A stretch of 32,000 bases of DNA, from NCBI GenBank assembly GCA_964565945.1, contig CAZMGY010000034.1, positions 1-32,000 of the forward strand. The letters are read 5' to 3'. A program made the translations under genes and the position numbers. Under the pieces are notes generated by a model. It was not told the origin of the DNA, ran no database searches, and saw only the letters and a program-made list of their open reading frames with translations. Origin of the DNA: an uncultured bacterium. Its GTDB lineage: Bacteria > GCA-001730085. Shown one piece after another: positions 19,894-29,202 of this stretch. Each line of letters starts with the position of its first letter. The first letter of the stretch is position 1.

Positions 19894-22272
19894 TTAAGCC
19901 ACGGGGCTTGCAGAGAGAGCATTTTCGAAAACAAAATTAATTTTTCCTTCTTTATTGAGCACTAAGCTCGTGGAAAAGGTTTTTCCTGATTTATTTTTAA
20001 ATCCACTCATAGCAGAGGTTTGTTTTTTGGTGAGCAATGTTTTGGCAATCTCGGGAGTGATGGTTTTGCCGGCTATTTCTTTCCAGATGGCAAAGGTGCA
20101 ACCTTTATCTTTCCAGTTTGAGCATCCGAAGGCTTTGGCTGTTTCCAGAATGTCGCTTTCGCACAGAGGGCATTGCCCTAGAACCTTTTTGGGAATGTTA
20201 TCGAAATCAAATTGAACTTCAAAGTCGTTGTTCATCACAAGAGATGCATTGAATAAGGATCCTTTCTTACTTTTAAATCCTTTGATGGGACCCACCTTTT
20301 TATCTTTGAGCAACTTGTTGACTTGAGCATTGGAGAGACGTTTGCCAGCCACGATTTTCCAAATTTTGAAGGAACAATCGTTTTCCCATTGCGAGCAACC
20401 ATAAAATTTTTGTTTTTCTTCCATGGGATGATTACATTTAGGACATGATTCTAGTAAGTTTGGTAAAGAATCAATCACTTTTTTGACAATGTTGTGAATG
20501 AGTTCTTTGATTTCGTTCATAAATTGATCTCGTGAGTATTTGTTTTGTGCCATATGGTTGAGTTTTTGTTCCCATTCGCCTGTGAGTTTGGGAGAGGTAA
20601 GCTCTTGTTCTTGGATCGATTCGATTAAATAAATACCTTTTTCGGTAGGAACAAGATGATTTTTGTGTCGTTCGATATAGCCGACCTGAATCAGACGTTC
20701 GAGAATTTGAGCTCGTGTAGCAGGTGTGCCTAAACCGCAGTCCTTCATCGCTTGGCGTAGTTCATCATCTTCGATATTTTGGGAGGCGGTTTCCATAGCT
20801 GCAAGAATAGACGCTTCGTTATGAATGGTTGGTGGCTTGGTGGTCTTTTTTTCGAGGCTGAGTTTTTTTTGAAGAATAGCGTCGTTGACCTTAACATCGG
20901 GCAAGAGTGCTTCCTTTTCTTTGTTGGCTGAATCATTCATGTAGATGGCGCGCCAACCAAGAGCAAGGATACTTGTGCCAGTACTTTTGAATACAAAGGT
21001 GCCAAATTGGGAAATAATTTCGGTTTGAGCTTTTTTGCAAACCAGCATAAAGACAGCCAGAAATCGTTTAAGAACAAGATAAAACAGTTTGGTCTCGTCG
21101 GGATTAAGGCGTTGCAAATTGGCTTTTTTCTCCGTCGGAATAATTGCATGGTGGTCGGTGATCTTTTTATCATCAACGATCCGCTTACTGAAGGAGAGGT
21201 TTTTCTGTAAAATCTCTTGGGCAAAAGAGCCTAATTGAGGATCTTGGGTTAAGTTTTGAATGCGAGATTTGATTTTAAGCTTAAGATCGCTTGACAAATA
21301 ACGCGAGGATGTTCTTGGATAGGTGATTACTTTATGCGTTTCGTAGAGAGCTTGAGCCAGTTTGAGTGTTCGATCAGCCGAAAATTTAAAACGTTTATAA
21401 GCATCTTTTTGCAATTCGGTAAGGTCATACAGCAAGGGTTGTTTGTCTTGCCTAGATTTTTTTTCGGCTTTGGTGATTGTGCCTTTGGGATGTTGGTGAA
21501 TTTGCTCCATGGTGTTCTGAGCATCTTCTTCTTTAGAAAAACGATCTTGTTTTTTGTCGGGATCAAACCACAAGCCTTGAAACACGCCATTAGGGTGTTT
21601 GATGTGAGCTGTAATTTTAAAGTAATTTTCTGGCTCAAAATTCATATGTTTGTGATAGCGATCGACAATCATTTTAAGAACGGGTGTTTGCACGCGCCCT
21701 ACGCTCATGACACCATCTCCGCCCGAGAGACAAAGGGTGTAAGCGCGAGTAGCATTTATGCCAATCAGCCAGTCGGCTTCGGAACGAGAGACTGCTGAAT
21801 GATAGAGGGGGTCGTAGTTCTTGCCTTCTTTAAGATTATTAAACCCTTCTCGAATGGCTTCGTCGGTTTGGGAGGAAATCCATAATCTTTTGATGGGTTT
21901 GTCGCATTGGGCTAGGTCGTAAATGTAACGAAAAATCAACTCTCCTTCGCGTCCAGCATCTGTGGCGCAGATAACTTCCGATGTTTTGTCTTGGTTAATC
22001 AGGCGCTCAATGATTTTGTATTGTTTTTGAACGCCTCCATCACCAGTGACCGACTTATGAAAATCTTCGGGAATGATGGGCAGTTGTTTGAGGTCCCACT
22101 TTTTGAAACTGCTACCATAGCTGTCGGGAGGATCTAGAGCCACAAGATGACCCAACGCCCACGTGACAGCATAATCTTTGTTCGAAAAATAACCATTCTG
22201 TTTCGAAGAAATGTTAAGCACACGGGCAATATCACGAGCTACACTGGGTTTTTCTGCGATGATCACCTTCAT
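19894..22272 (-). CDS. topB: DNA topoisomerase III (type IA) with two tandem C-terminal zinc-ribbon/topoisomerase C-terminal-repeat modules
   Basis: Toprim start MKVIIAEKPSVA, DAGREGE, and active-site Tyr region VITYPRTSSRYLS. The start at 22272 is preferred. The 18-codon extension in the ORF track (22326) runs into the divergent promoter region. Confidence 0.85.
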   Translation of the reverse strand: MKVIIAEKPSVARDIARVLNISSKQNGYFSNKDYAVTWALGHLVALDPPDSYGSSFKKWDLKQLPIIPEDFHKSVTGDGGVQKQYKIIERLINQDKTSEVICATDAGREGELIFRYIYDLAQCDKPIKRLWISSQTDEAIREGFNNLKEGKNYDPLYHSAVSRSEADWLIGINATRAYTLCLSGGDGVMSVGRVQTPVLKMIVDRYHKHMNFEPENYFKITAHIKHPNGVFQGLWFDPDKKQDRFSKEEDAQNTMEQIHQHPKGTITKAEKKSRQDKQPLLYDLTELQKDAYKRFKFSADRTLKLAQALYETHKVITYPRTSSRYLSSDLKLKIKSRIQNLTQDPQLGSFAQEILQKNLSFSKRIVDDKKITDHHAIIPTEKKANLQRLNPDETKLFYLVLKRFLAVFMLVCKKAQTEIISQFGTFVFKSTGTSILALGWRAIYMNDSANKEKEALLPDVKVNDAILQKKLSLEKKTTKPPTIHNEASILAAMETASQNIEDDELRQAMKDCGLGTPATRAQILERLIQVGYIERHKNHLVPTEKGIYLIESIQEQELTSPKLTGEWEQKLNHMAQNKYSRDQFMNEIKELIHNIVKKVIDSLPNLLESCPKCNHPMEEKQKFYGCSQWENDCSFKIWKIVAGKRLSNAQVNKLLKDKKVGPIKGFKSKKGSLFNASLVMNNDFEVQFDFDNIPKKVLGQCPLCESDILETAKAFGCSNWKDKGCTFAIWKEIAGKTITPEIAKTLLTKKQTSAMSGFKNKSGKTFSTSLVLNKEGKINFVFENALSASPVA

Positions 22273-22295
22273 GGACTTTATCATATCATAAACTG

Positions 22296-22304
22296 TGGTA
22301 AAAT
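22296..22304 (+). promoter_or_regulatory. candidate extended -10 (TGgTAAAAT) for the grx-bolA unit
   Basis: TGgTAAAAT at 22296-22304, 35 nt upstream of the ATG at 22340. The -35 is weak. It lies in the 67-bp divergent region shared with topB. Confidence 0.3.
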
Positions 22305-22339
22305 ATTTGCGTATGGGTCCAATCAAAAGGAGAAAAATA

Positions 22340-22582
22340 ATGCCTAATCTAGTGCTTTACGGTATGGAAAGTTGTATGTTTTGCCAAAAAGTTCGTCAAT
22401 ATCTTCAAGAAGAGGGGATTGAAGTGCCTGTGAAAGAGATTCAAGAAGATTCTGCGGCACGTGATGAATTGATGGCGATTGGGGGGAAGACCCAGGTGCC
22501 TTGTTTGGTGATTGATGGTGAACCTTTGTATGAGTCTTTGGATATCATTGAGTGGTTTAAAAATAATTGGAGTAGAGTATGA
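22340..22582 (+). CDS. small glutaredoxin-like (NrdH/YruB-type) thiol-disulfide protein
   Basis: 80 aa from the ATG at 22340. AAGGAG 8 nt upstream. CxxC motif CMFCQKV and a thioredoxin-fold cis-Pro region TQVPCLVI. Confidence 0.7.
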   Translation: MPNLVLYGMESCMFCQKVRQYLQEEGIEVPVKEIQEDSAARDELMAIGGKTQVPCLVIDGEPLYESLDIIEWFKNNWSRV

Positions 22583-22812
22583 TTGACAAAATTAAGGCAA
22601 TTATTCTGGATGCGATTCCTGATGCGGTAGTTGAGGTGAGTGATCCTCGTAATGATGGGCACCACTTTGAAGCAAGGGTAATCAGTTCATTGTTTGAAGA
22701 TATGTCCTTGGTGAAGCAGCACCAGATGGTTATGAAGGCTTTAAAAAATGCGTTTGATTCGGAAACGATGCATGCTTTGCAGCTCAAAACATTAACACCT
22801 AAGGATGTTTAG
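22579..22812 (+). CDS. bolA: BolA-family protein
   Basis: 77 aa. ATGA overlap with the upstream grx-like gene. BolA-type ...DGHHFEARVIS..F......QHQMV..AL pattern. Confidence 0.7.
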   Translation: MIDKIKAIILDAIPDAVVEVSDPRNDGHHFEARVISSLFEDMSLVKQHQMVMKALKNAFDSETMHALQLKTLTPKDV

Positions 22813-22887
22813 GATAGAGTTCCTTAGGTAGCTCTCCCTTTGAAAAATGGAGAGGAGATTAATTGAAATATAAGGAGTATTTGAAAA

Positions 22888-23202
22888 ATGAACAAATCAG
22901 TGAAACAACAAATTGAGAAAAATATTCAAGACCACCCCATTATGCTTTTCATGAAGGGAACACCGCCCTTTTCTACGTGCGGTTTTTCGAGTGCTGTGAT
23001 TGATGTTTTGAATTCCTACGATGTTAAATTTGGCTCAGTCAATGTTCTCGATAATAAAGATTTGCGCCAAGGAATCAAAGATTTCTCGGATTGGCCCACG
23101 ATTCCTCAGCTTTACGTGAAAGGTGAGTTTATTGGCGGTTGCGATATTGTCTTGGAGATGCATCAGAAAGGAGAGCTGGAAGCTCTTTTGAAAAATGCCT
23201 AA
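22888..23202 (+). CDS. grxD: monothiol glutaredoxin (Grx4/GrxD type)
   Basis: 104 aa. CGFS active site (TCGFSSAV), WPTIPQLYVKGEFIGGCDI, and an AAGGAG ribosome-binding site. Confidence 0.88.
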   Translation: MNKSVKQQIEKNIQDHPIMLFMKGTPPFSTCGFSSAVIDVLNSYDVKFGSVNVLDNKDLRQGIKDFSDWPTIPQLYVKGEFIGGCDIVLEMHQKGELEALLKNA

Positions 23203-23962
23203 AACGCTCATCTCTTGGAATGTGAATGGCTTACGAGCGGTGATGAAAAAAGGTTTCTTGGATTGGTTGCACGATACCGATGCCGATGTGGTGAGCTTGC
23301 AAGAAACCAAGCTTCAGCTGGATCAAGTACCTGAAGAGATTTTGAAACACTCTCAATATCGGTCCTATTGGCATTCGGCCGAGAAAAAAGGTTATAGTGG
23401 TGTAGCGACTTTGTCCAAATACGAACCTTTATCTGTGACCGAAATGGGAATTGATGAGTTTGATCAGGAGGGTCGCTTTCAGGCCCTTGAGTATGATTCT
23501 TTTGTCTTGATTAATGCTTATTTTCCCAATAGCCAGGCTGAGCGTGCACGATTGAAGTATAAGCTTGCCTTTTGCGATGCTTTGTATGAGAAGGCCGAGG
23601 AATGGAAAAGTAAAGGCAAGGGCGTTGTTATTTGTGGGGATTACAATATTGCTCATCAGCCAATCGATTTGAAACGGCCTAAGCAAAATGAGGATAATCC
23701 TGGTTATTACATTGAGGAGTGCGAATGGATGACGTCGTTTTTGCAGAAAGGCTATGTTGACTTCTTTCGTGAACAGCATCTTGATGAGCCGGATCATTAC
23801 AGTTGGTGGTCCTATCGTGCGCAGGCCAGAAGTCGAAATGTGGGTTGGAGGATCGATTACCATTGTGTTAATCAAGAGTTTATGGATCATGTGGATGAGG
23901 CGCGCATTTGCCCCGAGGTGATGGGATCGGATCATTGCCCAGTGATGCTAACATTGAAGTGA
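23195..23962 (+). CDS. xthA: exodeoxyribonuclease III (AP endonuclease)
   Basis: 255 aa. [15 protein letters not shown] and C-terminal GSDHCPV. 8-nt overlap with grxD. Confidence 0.88.
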   Translation: MPKTLISWNVNGLRAVMKKGFLDWLHDTDADVVSLQETKLQLDQVPEEILKHSQYRSYWHSAEKKGYSGVATLSKYEPLSVTEMGIDEFDQEGRFQALEYDSFVLINAYFPNSQAERARLKYKLAFCDALYEKAEEWKSKGKGVVICGDYNIAHQPIDLKRPKQNEDNPGYYIEECEWMTSFLQKGYVDFFREQHLDEPDHYSWWSYRAQARSRNVGWRIDYHCVNQEFMDHVDEARICPEVMGSDHCPVMLTLK

Positions 23963-23975
23963 TAAGAAAACTAAA

Positions 23976-24512
23976 ATGATTCTTTCGGATGCAACGATAC
24001 AAGAGATGATTAAGAGCCAAGAATTGATTGTTAAGCCCTTGGATGAACATTCGATTCAACCTGCTTCGATCGATTGTCGCTTAGGGACGCACTTTTTAAG
24101 CTTGGATGACAATCGTATGGATGTGATTTCTCTTCGATCCGACATTATTTATCGAGAGTTTGAAGAAAAAGCGGTGACCATTCCACCGCATTCTTTTTTG
24201 CTAGCGACAACTATGGAATATATCGAACTTCCTGATCATGTGACGGCTTTTGTTGAAGGACGCAGCTCGATAGGGCGTATTGGATTATTTATCCAAAATG
24301 CTGGTTGGGTTGACCCAGGCTTTAAGGGTCGTATCACCTTAGAGTTGTACAATGCCAATTCTTTGCCGATCCGCTTGGAAGCTGGACGACGTATTTGTCA
24401 GTTAGTTTTTTGCAAAATGGATCGTACCGCTCAAGTTCCTTATCACGGAAAATACCAAGGCCAAGAAAAAACTGTGGGAAGTCGCATTTTTTCTGATGCC
24501 GATATCGGTTGA
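23976..24512 (+). CDS. dcd: dCTP deaminase
   Basis: 178 aa. [11 protein letters not shown] and [31 protein letters not shown] are typical of the Dcd/dUTPase superfamily. Confidence 0.82.
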   Translation: MILSDATIQEMIKSQELIVKPLDEHSIQPASIDCRLGTHFLSLDDNRMDVISLRSDIIYREFEEKAVTIPPHSFLLATTMEYIELPDHVTAFVEGRSSIGRIGLFIQNAGWVDPGFKGRITLELYNANSLPIRLEAGRRICQLVFCKMDRTAQVPYHGKYQGQEKTVGSRIFSDADIG

Positions 24513-24515
24513 TTT

Positions 24516-25091
24516 TTATTTAAAATTGTTGTTTTTATTGCGTTGCGTAGGGGGTCGACGTCGCTGTTGTCCTCGCGAATTATTTTTGCGAGGTTCGCGT
24601 GATCCTGGCTGAAAAGGGTTAACCGTTAGAGGACGAAACCATTCGGTTAAACGTTGAAAACGATAGTCAAACATTTGTTGGATTTGTCGTTTAACAATCA
24701 GATTATTGAGAAGATCGGACAAAGGTCCACCAGGAAGAGTGTAGGTGATGTCATCGGTGATTTCTGTGATTTCACTATTAAGCCCATTAATAATGTGTTT
24801 GTGCACCCATGTTTTAAAAGGACCGCGCACTTGTTGTTCCATAAACGACTTTTGCTTAGGGTTCCATTGAATGATTTCTGATTCCCAAAACATTGGAATG
24901 AGGGCTGGTTTGAATTTGAAACGTAATTTAAGTCCCTTGTGCATAATGATAGGGTAACTGTTTAAAATCTCGAGGCGATGTTTAGGGGGGGTAACTTGGC
25001 GTAAGTTGTAAGGATTAGAAAAAAACTCAAAAACAACTTCGGCATTAGCATTCACAATTTGCTTACGTTTAAATGTGTATTTTTTACTCAT
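24516..25091 (-). CDS. SRPBCC (START/cyclase-dehydrase-like) family protein with a basic Arg/Gln/Asn-rich C-terminal tail
   Basis: 191 aa. 8-nt overlap with the upstream yfcH-like gene, a pairing and fusion common for this family. The tail is SREPRKNNSRGQQRRRPPTQRNKNNNFK. Confidence 0.6.
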   Translation of the reverse strand: MSKKYTFKRKQIVNANAEVVFEFFSNPYNLRQVTPPKHRLEILNSYPIIMHKGLKLRFKFKPALIPMFWESEIIQWNPKQKSFMEQQVRGPFKTWVHKHIINGLNSEITEITDDITYTLPGGPLSDLLNNLIVKRQIQQMFDYRFQRLTEWFRPLTVNPFQPGSREPRKNNSRGQQRRRPPTQRNKNNNFK

Positions 25092-25977
25092 GAGTCAAAA
25101 GCTCCTTTAAGGCCACTTCAAGAATTGGGTATTGAAATGTAAAGTTGAGTTCTCGGGCCCGTTTGGGTATAACACGTTGACCTTTGGTTAATAACATAGC
25201 TCTCTCTCCAAGCATAAGGCTCAAAACACCTTTGGGGGCTTTGAATAAGCAAGGACGATGAAGTTCTTTAGCGATGCTTTTCATGAAATAGCGGTTGATA
25301 ACAGGATAAGGTGCCGTTCCATTGATAACACCTCTGAATGATTTTGTTTTAATAATGTTCAGGATCATATGAACCAAGTCATTGATATGAATCCAAGAAA
25401 TCCATTGCCAGCCTGAACCTAAAGGGCCGCATATGCCTAAACGGACAGGGTGAGCCATTTTGGGAAACGTACCGCCATCGCGACCTAAAACAATGCCAAA
25501 GCGAACAATGCTAGAGCGATGTTTATTGTTTAACTTTTTGACCTCCTGTTCCCATTTACGACATAATTGAGCTAAGTAATCTTTGCCCGATCGAGAACTT
25601 TCGTCGATGAAAGAGTCTCCGCTTGTTCCATAAAATCCGATGGCCGAAGCTTGAATTAATGTTTGGGGTTTCGAGCTCAGGTTCATTAAGGTGACCAAGC
25701 GACGCGTGATTTTGATGCGACTTTCTTCTAATTTTTTCTTTTGGCTTGGCGACCAGCGGCGATCCCTAATCGGTTCTCCGCAAAGATTGATAACTACATC
25801 GTGATTTTGGATCACTTTGGGAAGGTTATTATCTTCCCAAGAGACATAGGTGTAAGATCTTGGTTCAGAAACTTTTCTGGACAAGATGGTGATGAAATAT
25901 TTGTTACGATCTTGCTCCAGTGCTGTTATTAGGTGGCGTCCGATAAAACCTGATCCACCCGCAATTAAGATTTTCAT
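25084..25977 (-). CDS. TIGR01777/YfcH-like NAD-dependent epimerase-family protein (SDR fold plus DUF1731-type C-terminus)
   Basis: 297 aa with the Rossmann motif MKILIAGGSGFIGRHL. Confidence 0.72.
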   Translation of the reverse strand: MKILIAGGSGFIGRHLITALEQDRNKYFITILSRKVSEPRSYTYVSWEDNNLPKVIQNHDVVINLCGEPIRDRRWSPSQKKKLEESRIKITRRLVTLMNLSSKPQTLIQASAIGFYGTSGDSFIDESSRSGKDYLAQLCRKWEQEVKKLNNKHRSSIVRFGIVLGRDGGTFPKMAHPVRLGICGPLGSGWQWISWIHINDLVHMILNIIKTKSFRGVINGTAPYPVINRYFMKSIAKELHRPCLFKAPKGVLSLMLGERAMLLTKGQRVIPKRARELNFTFQYPILEVALKELLTHE

Positions 25978-25995
25978 GTCATGCTCCTTGCATAC

Positions 25996-27099
25996 TTAAA
26001 CGGATGATTTGTTTGCTTGTAATGGTTTTAAGTCTTCCCATGTTTTCATAATTTGGGTCGAGTCGTCAACCGAAAAAACAGGATCAAGGGAATCATTACC
26101 TAATAGTTTGTCTAAGTCAAAGTCCGAAACAATGTCAAAACCAGCATCGGAAATCATTTGTAATGTTTTGCGAGCAGGACTTCCTTTGGTGTTGAGATAG
26201 CCATTAAGAAACAATGAGTCTGCAGGGTAAAAGGACATGACTTCGAGTCCTCTTAGGTGACCTTCTCGTCCTGCGGCTATTCTTAGTTCAGCTTTGGGGT
26301 TAAGTAAACGAAATAAACAAAGGGTGCGAAGACAAAACTGAGGGGGTATAGGGGTTGCTTGTTTAAGGAGATTGCCTTCAATGGGAACTAAAAAGTTGAC
26401 TGGAATGGAGGGGGCTTCGAATTCACGAAGTTCTAAAGCGACATCGACTAAGTCATCATGTGTTTCACCCATGCCAACAATCAATCCCGAACAGATTTCT
26501 AAATTAGCTTTTTGGGCGAACTTAAGAGTGTTGATGCGATCTTGGTAGGTGTGTGTGCTGCATATTGAGGGGTAATAACTGCGCGATGTGTTTAAGTTGT
26601 GATTGAGTCTGTCTAACCCAGCTTTTTTTAAGGTTTGAGCAGCTTCTTCGCCCATGAGTCCTGCAGACACGCAAATCTGAAGGGGATAGGTGCTTTTAAT
26701 TTTTCGAATCAATTGTGCCAATTGAGCCACACGTTTTTTGGAAGGACCACGACCCGAGCTGACCATGCAATAACGAAAAGCACCTGATTCGTAAGCTTTT
26801 TTGGCTTCGGCCATACATTCTTCTTCACTTTTGAGGGGGTACTCTTCGATAGCGGCTTTCGATGATTTGGCTTGGGCGCAGTAATTGCAATCTTCTGGAC
26901 AAAACCCATTTTGAGTATTGTTAAGGATATGCAAAGTAATGCTATTGCCTTTGTGTGTTTTACGAACTTGATAAGCGGAGTCAAGCAATGGGAGTAGTTC
27001 AATATTAGGGTCGGACAAAATGCGTTTGCATTTGTCTCGATTAATCACTTCGCCGTTGAGGCTTTGTTGCCTCAGTTGTTGATAAAATTCGTGGTTCAT
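25996..27099 (-). CDS. bioB: biotin synthase (radical SAM)
   Basis: CPEDCNYCAQ radical-SAM cluster motif, LNHNLNTS, ICSGLIVGMGET and LRIAAGRE, which parallel the E. coli BioB blocks YNHNLDTS, CSGGIVGLGE and RLSAGRE. Confidence 0.75.
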   Translation of the reverse strand: MNHEFYQQLRQQSLNGEVINRDKCKRILSDPNIELLPLLDSAYQVRKTHKGNSITLHILNNTQNGFCPEDCNYCAQAKSSKAAIEEYPLKSEEECMAEAKKAYESGAFRYCMVSSGRGPSKKRVAQLAQLIRKIKSTYPLQICVSAGLMGEEAAQTLKKAGLDRLNHNLNTSRSYYPSICSTHTYQDRINTLKFAQKANLEICSGLIVGMGETHDDLVDVALELREFEAPSIPVNFLVPIEGNLLKQATPIPPQFCLRTLCLFRLLNPKAELRIAAGREGHLRGLEVMSFYPADSLFLNGYLNTKGSPARKTLQMISDAGFDIVSDFDLDKLLGNDSLDPVFSVDDSTQIMKTWEDLKPLQANKSSV

Positions 27100-27194
27100 T
27101 TTGTATTCCTTTTGCTACTTGATTAAGGGACGTTACCGTCAAGCCCTGGTATGACGAAAGCAAATGAGCCTAGTGATAATGATAAACTGTATCT

Positions 27195-28919
<1,725 letters not shown>

Positions 28920-29202
28920 CTATGTCAATGTATGGTTAATAACGTTTTTATGAGGTTCTATTATACACTGGAAAGCTTACAATTGTTTGGAGAGAGAAGT
29001 TTTTCTTATTGATGGGCGGGTGTGAGACAATCTTACACCTTTAATCACCAAATAAAAAAATGAGTGTTATGGGAGGAATGCTGTTTGTGACTATGTGGGC
29101 AATCACAAAGTTTCCAGCCCATATGACACAGGCAAAAGGGCGAGTAGATAAGCTTTAGTGGCAGTTGTTTTCATTAGGGGCATTGCCCCGTAGCATATAG
29201 GC

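Noticed and set aside
29018-29050. A TPP-riboswitch-like string on the plus strand, GGGTGTGAGACAATCTTACACCTTTAATCACC, compared with GGGGUGC...CUGAGA...ACCCUUUGAACCUGAUC.
   Set aside because: It is on the wrong strand for thiC, which is on the minus strand. The downstream CUGGAUAAUGCCAGCG-type segment is absent, and a plus-strand transcript would only run antisense into the metH 3' end.
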